In this document: piece after piece, positions 52,215-62,299 of the stretch
Numbering within the stretch: position 1 is the first letter of the stretch
How the letters are laid out: each line of letters opens with the position of its first letter
Source: Gammaproteobacteria bacterium
GTDB lineage: Bacteria > Pseudomonadota > Gammaproteobacteria > Competibacterales > Competibacteraceae
Reading direction: 5' to 3'
Assembly: GCA_041396125.1 (NCBI GenBank)
Contig: JAWKZG010000014.1
Span: 116,229-180,228 of the forward strand
Length of the DNA: 64,000 nucleotides
Program-made: the position numbers and the translations under genes
The notes under the pieces: model-generated
The model's database searches: none
What the model saw: the letters and a program-made list of their open reading frames with translations, nothing else
What the model was told of the DNA's origin: nothing

Positions 52215-52497
52215 CTCATGATGAATGAATAATTAATCAGTCTAAAACGCTAAAATACCACTTGGCGGGTTCATCATGACAGCACTGCTGGCACAACACC
52301 CCCGCGAATCAGGATTTGCACGGAATTATAAACCTATGGCCATCGGTCTGGCGTACTATCTGAAACCTGTGCGTGTGCAAACAAGGCCTGGCTGGTGGCG
52401 GATAACGTCGTGATCAGATAGTTAATAAACGGGCCAATAAACAGTTAAATGAAGCGAAAGTGGCGGAAAGTATAGTGAAAAGCAAGGCAATGATGCC

Positions 52498-53250
52498 ATG
52501 AGCTTGTATCAAAAGCTGCGCCAGCTGCAGTTGGGTTATCTGCTGGTCCTCTGGCTGGCGGCGCTGTGGCTGGCCTGGCTACTGGTGGCGCAGTGGAATT
52601 TTTTTTATACCGTTTGGTACGACTGGCTGGCTATTGATCACACAATTGCCGAATACGGTCCGCAGAATCGTTACCGGCAGGGTTTTGAACAGACCAGCCG
52701 GGCCGAGCGGGAACGCTTGCTGGCCGCGCTGGTGACCGCCATCCATAATGACGGTGCCGGGCTGGAAACACTGCGCTATCACGCGCCTGATGGCAAAGTA
52801 CTGGGGGTTTTTCTGCGACCGCCGGAAATTCTGCATCTGCAGGATGTGGCGAGGCTGCTGAACATATTACGTTGGCTGGGCTGGGTGGCGGTAGTGACCT
52901 GGCTATTGCTGACATTGCATCGAGCGTTGCGGCGTATCCCGCCGCCAAGTCCGCGCCGGGTGGTGCTGAGTTCGCTGGCCGTGCTGGCTGTACTGGGTGC
53001 CGGGGTTGTGCTGATGGGTCCGGTACGGGTGTTTTATCAGCTGCATATATGGATTTTTCCGCCCGGACATCCCTGGTTTTTTTACTATCAGGATTCCCTG
53101 ATGACCACCTTGCTGAAGGCACCGGATATTTTCGCGCCGATCACACTGAGCTGGCTATTGCTCAGCGTGCTGGTCCTGGCGCTGCTGCTGGGTCTGGCCC
53201 GCGTGCTAAATACCGTCTTGACGACGACCGGCAAAGCAGCCGCTGAATAG
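52498..53250 (+). CDS. Integral membrane protein, DUF1461 (Lit-like) family
   Basis: 250 aa with 4-5 TM; weak family assignment. Confidence 0.45.
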   Translation: MSLYQKLRQLQLGYLLVLWLAALWLAWLLVAQWNFFYTVWYDWLAIDHTIAEYGPQNRYRQGFEQTSRAERERLLAALVTAIHNDGAGLETLRYHAPDGKVLGVFLRPPEILHLQDVARLLNILRWLGWVAVVTWLLLTLHRALRRIPPPSPRRVVLSSLAVLAVLGAGVVLMGPVRVFYQLHIWIFPPGHPWFFYYQDSLMTTLLKAPDIFAPITLSWLLLSVLVLALLLGLARVLNTVLTTTGKAAAE

Positions 53251-53252
53251 AC

Positions 53253-54005
53253 TTACCATTGATCGTCGCCGGATTGCACGGTAGGCAGACCGGCTTCATA
53301 CCAGGCTGCAAGGCCGCCGCGATACCACAACACATTTCTGTAGCCGAGGTTGACAGCGCGCAGCGCTGCGTTATAGGCGTACCAGCTATCAAATCCGCCA
53401 CAATAGAACACCAGGGTTTGTTTGCGATTGTTGCCGGTCAGGGTTTTCAGACGCTCGCCCAGATGTTGTTGTGTGTCGTCGGTGAATTTGCCTTTTGTAC
53501 TGGCACCGCTGAGCCACACGGAACCGGGGATTATTTCGGTCGATTCGCCAGTCAGTGTATTGATGAGCAAGGGCGGTTTTTTGCCTGTGATCCGCTTTTG
53601 CAGCTGAACCGTACTGATCAGTTTGCCACCGGCCAGCGTGACGGGCGTAGGCCCCCGGTAATTAGTTGGAAGCAGTCCTGAGACGGGTGGGGTGCCGTGG
53701 TTGGTGGCTTCTTCAGCATAAGCCTGGTTGGCGATCTTGATATCCGCCAAAGGCAGATCAGAGCGCACCGGTTTGAGGTCGGCAATCGGATTGGAGCTGG
53801 TCGCGGCGACCGGGACGGTAGCGGGTGGTGTGGTTGCCGTTGCAGGTGATACGGGTGGTGTGGTGGAGACGGGGGGAGGGGCGGGGGCGGAAAAGGTATC
53901 GCTGAGCGTGTCTTTGGTGGTGTCCCAGGCGGCGTTCATGCTTTCACAAGCGCTTAAAGCGAGCACGCAGACGGGGATGCAAAAATAATGTAATCGATAT
54001 CTCAT
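53253..54005 (-). CDS. Rhodanese-domain lipoprotein with Pro/Thr-rich linker
   Basis: Lipobox LALSAC; C-terminal rhodanese active-site loop FYCGG. Confidence 0.75.
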   Translation of the reverse strand: MRYRLHYFCIPVCVLALSACESMNAAWDTTKDTLSDTFSAPAPPPVSTTPPVSPATATTPPATVPVAATSSNPIADLKPVRSDLPLADIKIANQAYAEEATNHGTPPVSGLLPTNYRGPTPVTLAGGKLISTVQLQKRITGKKPPLLINTLTGESTEIIPGSVWLSGASTKGKFTDDTQQHLGERLKTLTGNNRKQTLVFYCGGFDSWYAYNAALRAVNLGYRNVLWYRGGLAAWYEAGLPTVQSGDDQW

Positions 54006-54183
54006 AGAGTGTGTCCATCGTTTAAAAAATAGAGCCCATACTGATTTAGGCCGAAAGTGCTTTGCACTTTAACGGCTGCCGTTTAAAAATCAACAGCAAG
54101 TTATCGCGCGGCTATAATAATGGTACCTGCAGAATTATCTGCTATAGCTATCCGCTTTGTTTTTTTTAGGGGAATTAAGCAAT

Positions 54184-54393
54184 ATGAAAAAATACGGTAT
54201 CCGTATGACGTTGCCCAAAGGTGATCCTATGGCCCAGCCCCATTTGCTGGGTGAGGGCTGGGAAACATACCGCTGGTACGATACTGAACAAAAACGGGAT
54301 AAGGAGCTGACCGACATGCTCTCCAAACATCCTTATTACCGCACGGGCGACAGCGCCAGCCTGATTTATAGTAAAACCGAGCGCGACGCATAG
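54184..54393 (+). CDS. Small conserved hypothetical protein (~69 aa) upstream of FadB-like gene
   Basis: MKKYGIRMTLPKGDPMAQPHLLGEGWETYRWYD...; compact, RBS present. Confidence 0.4.
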   Translation: MKKYGIRMTLPKGDPMAQPHLLGEGWETYRWYDTEQKRDKELTDMLSKHPYYRTGDSASLIYSKTERDA

Positions 54394-54396
54394 GTT

Positions 54397-56700
54397 GTGA
54401 CTGTCGCCATGAAAGCCAGCAAACCTGATTTTTTTCAGCGAATTGCGGTTCTCGGTGCTGGTGCTATGGGGCTGCAGTTGGCCGCTCATCTTGCCAATGC
54501 CCGCACCGAGGTTATCTTATTTGATCTGGCAACGACAGGGCCGGATCCGGATGCCAAGTTACAACAAAAGCTGGCGGACTTATTGCAGTTGCAACCGCCG
54601 GCTTTTGCATTGCCTGAATATAGCCGTGCCATCACGCCGGCAACGTTTCAAAACGATCTGGCCCGCTTGCGTGATTGCGATTTAATCATTGAGACCACGA
54701 CCGAGCAGGGTGATTGCAAGGAAGGTGTGCTGGCGCGAGTGGCGCCGTATATAAACCGGCGTGCGGTTATCACCACAACCACCGATACCGTGAGCATCGA
54801 ACGCCTGGCCAGAGCATTGCCGGAGTGTTTGCGGGCGCAGTTCTGTGGTCTGCATTTATTAATGCCGCCGCGCTATACCCAGCTGGTCGAGTTGGCCGCC
54901 TCCAGTTACACCGATGCGCGGGTGCTGGATCAACTGGCACATTTTTCCGTCCGCGTTCTGGGCAAACAGGTGGTGCGGGTCAAGGATTCTCCGCTGTTTA
55001 TTGCCGACCGCCTGGCAGTCTGTCTGTTTAGCATGGCCTGGCGTTATGCCTTGCGCTTTGAATTGACCCTGGAAACCGTCGATGCGCTGCTGGAACGGGT
55101 TTTCGGTCTGTCCACAGGGGTTTTCCGGACGATTGACCGGCACGGCGCGAACCGCTTTGTAGCTCTGCTTGAAGAGGCGCGGGCAGCCTTGCCGCAGGAT
55201 CGCTGGCTGGCTCAGGTGCAATGGCCCGACGTGTTGCCGGCTGCGGCCAGATTGACAGATAAAGACAGCGATGCCACCGCTGTTTTTTTCATTAAGCAGA
55301 CGGGCCAGTGGTTGAGTATGGACCCGCTGAACGGCGCGTATCGTCCCATTTTACAGGCACCTCTAGGTGCTTTTTCCGCTGTGGTGGATGCCGCAGAATG
55401 GCAGCAGCTTATCCGTCAGTCCAATGCCCTGGAAGCACAGTTTTTGCGTGCTTTCCTGGCCGAGTTTTGCCTGTATTCTGCCTTGCATTTGCAGCAACTT
55501 GCACACAGCTGCGCCGAGTTTGATCTGGTCGTCCGGTATGCTTACGGTGCCCAGATCGGGATTTTTGAACTCTGGCAAAAGCTGGGCTGGGAGACCGTGC
55601 AGGACTGGTTGCCGGAGGCAGCGCAAACACGGGCTGACTGGCCGGACTGGGTCAAGCATCAGACGGCCGCCTATAGCCGCAAAGGTGTTTATACCCCTGA
55701 CCTGAACGGCCATCAGCCGTATGTTTTTGAAGCGGCCTACCAGCGCCAGATACCTTTGCCGGCACTGCCCGGTGGCGAGACGCCTGACCATGCTTCCAGT
55801 GGCAGCGGGCAGGCCAGTATTGGTTTTCGGGTCTGGGAAGCTGATCCGCATACTACCGTGCTGTCGATTTGCGATGGTGCCGCGTTGCATTGCGCGGCGA
55901 CACTGCAGGACTTGCAGCGCGTACTCGGTGAGCTGTTCAAACGCAGTGAGACGGTCGTGCTGGAACTGCAGGGACAGACCGCCTGTTATGACCGCTTAAG
56001 TCTGGAACCCAATCTGAACGCCTGTCTGCGGGAAATCGAAGCGCTTTATCTGCAGTTACGCTATGCGCCGGTGCCGGTAGTTGCCACCCTGAACGGTGTC
56101 ATTGCCGGGCCTGCGCTGTCGCTGGCGCTGGCCTGTCCGGTGCGGGTCTGTGCACAAAATAGTTTGCTCTATGCCGGTTTATACGCCGGGCGCTGCAGCC
56201 GTTCTGCAGATGTTTATTTGCCGGCTGTGGTGGGCGTTGGACATGCGTTAATAACCTATCTGGCGACAGCGCCCACGCCGCTGGCGCGACAGGTGCAGAC
56301 GGCCTGTGTCATCGCAGTGTTGTTACAAGCACCACTGAGCATTGGCGCTGAGGCTGCCCGTCAGCAGGGTTTGCTGCAGGCGCAGGATATTGTTTTGCTG
56401 AACCCCGCCGAGCTGGTCGGCAATGCGCTGGGTCAGGGGCAACAGTTGCGGCATCAGGCGTACCGCCCACCGCCGTGCTGGCCGGTACCGGTGTTGGGAC
56501 GTGACAGTGTTGACTCGGTCAGCAGTTTGCTGGCGGATCAATTTCCGGATCTCCACGCTAGCAGACTGGCGGTGAAGTGGAAAATACCGCTCATCCGTTT
56601 ACTGTGCGGCGGTGATCAGCCGGCAAACAGTTTGCTCAGTGATGAGAGTTTGCTGCGTCTGGAGCAGAAAACCTGCCAGGCGTTATGGCACTCGCCCTGA
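54397..56700 (+). CDS. 3-hydroxyacyl-CoA dehydrogenase (N-terminal) / enoyl-CoA hydratase-like (C-terminal) fusion protein
   Basis: IAVLGAGAMG NAD-binding motif at N-terminus; crotonase-like ATLNGVIAGPALSLALAC in C-terminal third. Confidence 0.65.
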   Translation: MTVAMKASKPDFFQRIAVLGAGAMGLQLAAHLANARTEVILFDLATTGPDPDAKLQQKLADLLQLQPPAFALPEYSRAITPATFQNDLARLRDCDLIIETTTEQGDCKEGVLARVAPYINRRAVITTTTDTVSIERLARALPECLRAQFCGLHLLMPPRYTQLVELAASSYTDARVLDQLAHFSVRVLGKQVVRVKDSPLFIADRLAVCLFSMAWRYALRFELTLETVDALLERVFGLSTGVFRTIDRHGANRFVALLEEARAALPQDRWLAQVQWPDVLPAAARLTDKDSDATAVFFIKQTGQWLSMDPLNGAYRPILQAPLGAFSAVVDAAEWQQLIRQSNALEAQFLRAFLAEFCLYSALHLQQLAHSCAEFDLVVRYAYGAQIGIFELWQKLGWETVQDWLPEAAQTRADWPDWVKHQTAAYSRKGVYTPDLNGHQPYVFEAAYQRQIPLPALPGGETPDHASSGSGQASIGFRVWEADPHTTVLSICDGAALHCAATLQDLQRVLGELFKRSETVVLELQGQTACYDRLSLEPNLNACLREIEALYLQLRYAPVPVVATLNGVIAGPALSLALACPVRVCAQNSLLYAGLYAGRCSRSADVYLPAVVGVGHALITYLATAPTPLARQVQTACVIAVLLQAPLSIGAEAARQQGLLQAQDIVLLNPAELVGNALGQGQQLRHQAYRPPPCWPVPVLGRDSVDSVSSLLADQFPDLHASRLAVKWKIPLIRLLCGGDQPANSLLSDESLLRLEQKTCQALWHSP

Positions 56701-56813
56701 TCTGTCCCGGATAGAGACTTGATGACGGGGAATAGTGACGGACGTAGTAACGCTGGCAATTATACCTGAATAGCCTGCGCGGGTATTGCCAGTCATCATT
56801 TTCAGTTCATGTA

Positions 56814-57416
56814 ATGCAGGCCAATGATGCTGGAGGACAAGCAATGCAAACCGTAGCCTTTACCCGCATGGCGGATGGCACCCGCGAAGAATACCAGTTC
56901 CTGGAAAAGCTCGAAGAGGAGTATATACAGGCGTTGCCGCAACGGCTGATGGAGGCCTTGCAGCGTCTGGAGCATTCTTTTTCAGGCTATAAGGTAACGC
57001 GCCTGGGGCACTCCCTGCAGGGGGCGACCCGTGCCTACCGCGACGGCCGGGAGGAAGACTATATTGTCGCAGTGCTGCTGCATGATATTGGCGACGAGCT
57101 GGCACCGCATACGCACAGCGAACTGGCTGCTGCCGTGCTGCGTCCGTTTGTTCCGGAAAAGCTGTACTGGATTGTCAAGCACCACGGCGTGTTTCAGATG
57201 GTGTATTACGCCCATCATTTCGGCGCTGACCCGAATGCGCGCGACCGTTTCAAAGACCACCCCTGGTATCAGGACGCGGTCGAGTTCTGCGAACTGTACG
57301 ACCAGAACTGCTTCGACCCGGATTACGATACCTTGCCGCTGACGTTTTTCCAGCCCATGCTGGAGCGCGTCTTTGGGCGCAAACCGCAATTCGGTGGCGA
57401 GCGGGATATGAACTAG
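56814..57416 (+). CDS. HD-domain phosphohydrolase
   Basis: LLHDIGDE HD motif. Confidence 0.7.
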   Translation: MQANDAGGQAMQTVAFTRMADGTREEYQFLEKLEEEYIQALPQRLMEALQRLEHSFSGYKVTRLGHSLQGATRAYRDGREEDYIVAVLLHDIGDELAPHTHSELAAAVLRPFVPEKLYWIVKHHGVFQMVYYAHHFGADPNARDRFKDHPWYQDAVEFCELYDQNCFDPDYDTLPLTFFQPMLERVFGRKPQFGGERDMN

Positions 57417-57497
57417 GCGTTTTGCAATGCCCAGACCGGCAAAAAGAGAATTGATTTTTGCCGGTTTCACGATGTTACAAACCACTACAGCGGTTAG

Positions 57498-58091
57498 TCA
57501 GGTCGATACCGGCGTAGCTGGTATTAAGTGTTTGGCCTTAATTAGTTGGTCTTTTAAGGGTAGTAACAGATTTTCCGGAAGCATAGTCACCCGGTCCTTA
57601 TTACCTTTGCCTTCGCGAACGATGATTTCGCGCCGCTCAAATTCAATATCTTTGACGCGTAACCGCAAGCTTTCCAGCAAACGCATGCCTGTGCCATAAA
57701 GCAAACTTGCCACCAGCCACATGGTACCGTTCAATTCCGCTAGCAATGCCGACACTTCGCGTGGTGTCAACACCACCGGCAATCGTTTGGCTGCTTTGGC
57801 TTCCACCATTTCTTTCAACCACGGCAAATCGATATTGAGCACTTCTTTATAGAGAAAAAGTAAAGCCGATTTAGCTTGATTTTGGGTCGAGGCCGAAACC
57901 TTGCGTTCAACTGCCAGATACGTCAAAAAGGCTTCCACTTCTTTGACACCCATATCTTTGGGATGGCGCTATTGGTGGTACAAGATGAAACGCTTTGCCC
58001 AGTCGGCGTACGCGTCTTCGGTCCGAATGGAATAATGTTTGACACGTATCCGGTGACGAACCTGGTCAAGTAGTATTGGCAGTTTATTCAT
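57498..58091 (-). pseudogene. intI: Integron integrase intI: in-frame TAG (57969-57971) and loss of C-terminal half
   Basis: [84 protein letters not shown]... is the IntI N-terminal fold; only ~190 of ~320 aa present; catalytic RHRY C-terminal region absent. Confidence 0.75.
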
Positions 58092-58092
58092 C

Positions 58093-58217
58093 CGCAAAGT
58101 TTTAGGTTCGTATAATATTAATGTAAAGTTTATCTTTATGAATTTAATGGTTTTTATTTTTTGACGTTGACATTATAAAGTATGGCGGTTTATTTTTGCG
58201 TCTGTCTAAATTTAGTT
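58093..58217 (+). promoter_or_regulatory. attI-like region B with Pc-like promoter (TTGACA 58167-58172, TTATTT ~58189-58194); crossover G at 58215
   Basis: Divergent from intI start; ends GTT|AGCC; ~80% identical to 19840-19960. Confidence 0.6.
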
Positions 58218-58416
58218 AGCCAAAATTATTATTTTTTAGAGTTGGCTCAGCGTTGGTGGCCAAAAGAACGCATCAGTGTGCAGGCCGGTGCCCGATTACA
58301 TTCAATGACAGAATGCCAAACGGTTGGATTGAAAGTCAGCGGAGAGTTTGGGCGTATGACTCATAAAATCATCTCATTATCACGGGCTGGTGTTGCATCT
58401 GGCGCAAGTCTGTGGT

Positions 58417-58471
58417 GTCTAACAAGGCATTCAAGCGGAGCGTCTTTACAAGCCGCTCGCTTAGTTTATCG
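58417..58471 (+). other. attC B1 (GTCTAAC ... GTTAGGT), 55 bp
   Basis: Inverse core one mismatch from complement of cassette start TTAGCC; hairpin AAGCGGAGCG/CGCTCGCTT. Confidence 0.4.
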
Positions 58472-58488
58472 TTAGGTGATCAGCCGGG

Positions 58489-58860
58489 ATGAGTAACAGT
58501 CTCAGGATATTAATATTGCTGGCTTTTCTGATTCATTCACTCTATCTGTTCTTCGATAGAGAATCGGTAATGTATTACGATGGCTATTATGCTGTCTGGG
58601 CAGAATATGCTTGGTATGCGGTTCAGGTCTTATTATTATGTTCTTTAGTCGGGCTGTTTTTCCTTGTGAAAGTATCACGCTATTTTTTAATCGTAGCACT
58701 CTCTGAGCTTAACTTTTGTTTACGCGCAAGGTTCAACCATCTATGCTCCTGCGCATCATGTAATGGTTCAAGTGGGCTCGGCATCTACGGTGCTATTCTT
58801 TCGATAGTGTTTTTTTCAAATATTGTTTGGCGTCAAAAAAGGCCGAATAATGGCGTGTAA
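58489..58860 (+). CDS. Hypothetical 3-TM membrane protein (cassette B2)
   Basis: 123 aa with three hydrophobic helices. Confidence 0.45.
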   Translation: MSNSLRILILLAFLIHSLYLFFDRESVMYYDGYYAVWAEYAWYAVQVLLLCSLVGLFFLVKVSRYFLIVALSELNFCLRARFNHLCSCASCNGSSGLGIYGAILSIVFFSNIVWRQKRPNNGV

Positions 58861-58863
58861 CTC

Positions 58864-58930
58864 ATCTAACAAAAGCATCAACAGGGATGTCTGCTTCGCA
58901 GCCACCCGTTATGAAAATCGTTAGACCGAT
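58864..58930 (+). other. attC B2 (ATCTAAC ... GTTAGAC)
   Basis: Inverse core/R' pair flanking short palindrome. Confidence 0.45.
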
Positions 58931-58958
58931 CGCGCCCCGGACCTAGGAGGCATGCTGC

Positions 58959-60003
58959 GTGAAAGTTCTAATCGTTGGCTCCCTGCATCATGATTTTGAT
59001 GAAGAAGTGAGGAACGCCTTCGTCGGCGCCTGCAAGGAGATCGGGGCCACCTTGGCACGCGGTGGGTTCGAGTTCGTCGTGGGATCATCAAGCCCGAACA
59101 CAGCTGACAAATGGGTTCTGGAGGGCGCCGCGCACGTTGAGGGCAAGCACAAAGTATTCGTCTTTCGACCGGACGATGGCCCAACGCCGAAGCTGCCGTC
59201 CGATGACACCACAAAGGGAGAATTCATTGTCAGCTACAAGCGACTGCGTGGTCCATGGGCCGGTGGTCGTCTCCCAGATCCAGGCGGCCGATTGTGTTCT
59301 TATGGTTGGCGGGGCGCGAGGCAGTGCGCAGGTCGGGTATTCAGCGATGGCACTGGAGAAGCCCGTCCTTGCGGTAGCTTGTTTTGGTGGTTCAGCCGCA
59401 GAAGCCTGGACACAGTTCGAGCCATTCTACGAGCGTCTGTCGACGACCAGAGAGCGGGTTGGTAGCCTTCGAGAAAAATGGCAACCGGGCAACGACGAGA
59501 TCGTGGTCAACGTTCTGACAGAACTTGTCCGGCGCAAGATTTTCAGCCGAACGCACCTCGCTACAGATGCGGTTCCCTTACTGCTCAACATGGCCTTGTT
59601 TGCAGCGTGGGTGTGGCTTTTCGTTGCGCCCCCCAAGCCATTGCAAGCATCTTTCTTTGCGTTGCTAGCCGTGTCGGCGTTTCTGGGGACAGCTCTTCGA
59701 GGATCGCTTCGGGTGGTTGTCGATCCAACTGCAGGTCCCTCACGAAGCGAACTCATTGCTGAATTCAGTGCCGGCCTTGTTCTCGCGTTTGCACTCGCGC
59801 TGCTCTACCTCGCAGGCAGCTTCACTTTCACAGGTGATTTCAATGCCATCTCCTCGAATTCCACCACCGTCACCGTGGACTACCAGAGGGTGGCGGTTGC
59901 AATGGGGTTACTTGGAATTGCAGGTGGTTGGTTGCTTGAGCGAGTTGCCGAGAACTTGACCGGCTGGTTCGGTAGTCGTCTGCCAAGTGCTGACGGGCCG
60001 TGA
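58959..60003 (+). pseudogene. LOG/SLOG-like Rossmann domain fused to C-terminal 4-TM domain; frameshift near 59240 (cassette B3)
   Basis: N-part MKVLIVGS...GGFEFVVGSS and C-frame VLMVGGARGSAQVGYSAMALEKPVLAVACFGG resemble LOG-family PGGxGTxEE/GG region; four TM helices after residue ~190. Confidence 0.5.
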
Positions 60004-60014
60004 GTTGAAAAGTC

Positions 60015-60065
<51 letters not shown>

Positions 60066-61925
60066 AGCGTGTGTGCCGGGCATGGCACGAAACGAGTCGG
60101 GTGAGAGTCCCGATACCAGGTATTCGCAGAGCCGAAGGTTAGGAGAAGGGCAAGGGCGTCATCGTGAGGTGGGGTCTGTAGGAAGCCCAATCCAAAGCGG
60201 CGGGGCGACGAACAGGAACTGGATACGAGGTGTGACACCGACGGGGCCAGTGGGCACGTGACCATCAAGCCCTCCATCTGCACGGGTCGGTGTTTTATAA
60301 ATCCAGCGTCTACGTCGCGAACGTTTCGTGTCTTACCCCGGGAGGTCTGTCAATTGTTCACGGATCGAACTGAAACGGGAGTAATCGCGTTTGATCGGTT
60401 GGCAGAAGTCAGCAGCGGGCATAGTAGGCGAGATCTCACCGCCGAAGGCCCAAACCTTTGTGGAAGTGACCGCCGGTGAAGAACCCATCGAACGCCTCAG
60501 CCCCGCAGCTTGCGCTGCCTCTGGTGATGCCGGAGGAGGAACGATGTGTTGAGGATCCGGACGACTCACCTTCCAAGACGAGCGCTTCATCGCTCATGGC
60601 GCAGGTATTGGAGCGGGAGAATCTGCTACGTGCGCTCAGACAAGTCCAACGTAATCGAGGTGCGCCAGGCATCGACGGCATGTGTGTCGAACAACTGTCT
60701 GGCTATCTCACCCTCCATTGGCCGCGCATCCGGACTGAACTGGCCGAAGGGCGCTATCGCCCCAAGCCGGTTAAGCGGGTCCTGATTCCGAAGCCTGACG
60801 GACGGCAACGCAAACTGGGTATTCCCACGGTCCTCGACCGTTTTATCCAGCAGGCGATTGCGCAAGTCGTGCAACGGCACTGGGAGCCGCACTTTCATGA
60901 CAACAGTTATGGATTTCGTCCCGGGCGCAACGCCCATCAAGCGATCAGGCACGCGCAGAGCGCGATCCGAGGCGGCAAGCGCTGGGTCGTTGACCTGGAT
61001 CTGGATGCCTTCTTTGATCGGGTCAACCACAGCCGCCTGATTCGGCGGTTGTACCGTCACCTGTCTGAACGTGGCCTGCTGCAACTGATCACTCGCTACC
61101 TGAAGGCGGGGGTCATGACAGAAGGCCAACGACAGGCGAGCGCCGAAGGGGTGCCGCAAGGCGGCCCCTTATCGCCGGTGCTCTCCAACGTCGTGCTCGA
61201 TGAGCTGGATTGGGAGCTGCACCGTCGAGGCCACACCTTTGCCCGTTATGCGGACGACTGCCAGGTATACGTCAGCAGTCAGCGAGCAGGCGAGCGGGTG
61301 ATGGCTCGTCTACAGCGCTATATCGAGCGGACCCTTCGACTCAAGGTCAACGCCGGGAAAAGTGCCGTGGACAAACCCTGGAAGCGTAGCTTCCTGGGCT
61401 TCACCTTCAGCCGCCGGGGTGCCCGGGTGAAAGTGGCCGAGAAGGCCATCGACCGCCTGCAAGCCAACATCCGGCAGCTGAGCCGTCGCACGAGAGGCTA
61501 CAGTTTGCGTCAGATCATCGCTGAGCTGAAGAAAACCCTGCTTGGATGGAAAGCGTACTTCGACTTGAGCGAGGTACTGAGTCCGCTGCGGGATCTGGAC
61601 AAGTGGCTGCGACGTCGATTGCGGTGTTATCAGTGGAAGCAATGGGGCCGCTCGGGGTATCGCCGTCTGCGCAAGCTTGGCGTTCCCCGGGTACTGGCCT
61701 GGAATACGGCCAAATCGGCGCATGGGCCTTGGCGTATCAGTCACAGCCCTGCACTGTACCAGGCGATGCCGAAGCGTTACTTTAGGGACTTGGGGCTGCC
61801 GGAACTGGCAGCACGATGAACCTCACAAAGGAACCGCCGTGGTACGTGATCCGTATGCCCGGTGGTGTGGGAGGAGAGGGGCTGCGAGGCCTCTCCCTAT
61901 CCCGATTATACGTAAGTAATGATCG
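60066..61925 (+). mobile_element. Group II intron (bacterial class C-like, attC-associated); boundaries approximate
   Basis: 5' GTGTGCC... (GUGYG) right after a stem-loop; RT/maturase ORF in domain IV; GC-rich D5-like hairpin GGGAGGAGAGGGGC...GCCTCTCCCTATCCC and short D6-like hairpin near 61870-61920. Confidence 0.55.
60476..61819 (+). CDS. Group II intron reverse transcriptase/maturase (no endonuclease domain)
   Basis: RT blocks 0-7 (PKPDGRQRKLGIPTVLDRFIQQA, YADDCQVYV) and maturase X domain; 447 aa. Confidence 0.9.
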   Translation: MKNPSNASAPQLALPLVMPEEERCVEDPDDSPSKTSASSLMAQVLERENLLRALRQVQRNRGAPGIDGMCVEQLSGYLTLHWPRIRTELAEGRYRPKPVKRVLIPKPDGRQRKLGIPTVLDRFIQQAIAQVVQRHWEPHFHDNSYGFRPGRNAHQAIRHAQSAIRGGKRWVVDLDLDAFFDRVNHSRLIRRLYRHLSERGLLQLITRYLKAGVMTEGQRQASAEGVPQGGPLSPVLSNVVLDELDWELHRRGHTFARYADDCQVYVSSQRAGERVMARLQRYIERTLRLKVNAGKSAVDKPWKRSFLGFTFSRRGARVKVAEKAIDRLQANIRQLSRRTRGYSLRQIIAELKKTLLGWKAYFDLSEVLSPLRDLDKWLRRRLRCYQWKQWGRSGYRRLRKLGVPRVLAWNTAKSAHGPWRISHSPALYQAMPKRYFRDLGLPELAAR

Positions 61926-62299
61926 AGAAACTGTTCGCGAATACGGTTTACGTGAAAGTCTTTCCGAATCGCTTTGAGCTAAAGCACATCGAGCCGGGAA
62001 GGTCAGAGGTGGAAGTAAGCAGTGAGCCATTCACAACGGCTAGGTTACTCGTGGGGAAATTTTCCGTAGCAGAGTGTGTTCTGAAGCGCGGCATGAAACG
62101 GTTGCACGAAAAAAGGTGGTTTTCGCCAAGTCCAATCGTGGTAATTCAGCCTATGGAAAAAACTGACAACGGCCTGAGTGAAGTCGAAGAAAGGGTCTTG
62201 CTGGAGTTGGCAGCTGGAGCCGGTGCACGAAAAGTATCTATATGGGTGGGGAACGAACTTTCGGATGATGAAGTCACCGAAAAGGCAGCACGCGCATAA
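61919..62299 (+). CDS. Truncated MreB-like (actin-fold ATPase) fragment, ~126 aa; real start may be GTG ~61961
   Basis: FSVAECVLKRGMKRLH..RWFSPSPIVVIQPMEKTDNGLSEVEERVLLELAAGAGARKV parallels MreB [52 protein letters not shown]; stops after phosphate-2 region. Confidence 0.5.
   Translation: MIEKLFANTVYVKVFPNRFELKHIEPGRSEVEVSSEPFTTARLLVGKFSVAECVLKRGMKRLHEKRWFSPSPIVVIQPMEKTDNGLSEVEERVLLELAAGAGARKVSIWVGNELSDDEVTEKAARA

Noticed and set aside
41958-57971. Possibility that in-frame TAG codons in ridA and intI indicate stop-codon reassignment
   Set aside because: TAG is used as the terminator of the LysR (19394-19396) and TIR (21120-21122) genes; the lesions are better explained as pseudogenisation or errors.
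58182-58475. 97-aa ORF overlapping attI-B and first short cassette
   Set aside because: Starts inside attI/Pc, no RBS or conservation; cassette B1 may be non-coding or carry only a tiny ORF.
59427-59756. 109-aa minus-strand ORF inside the SLOG-TM cassette
   Set aside because: Antisense to a gene with domain-level support.
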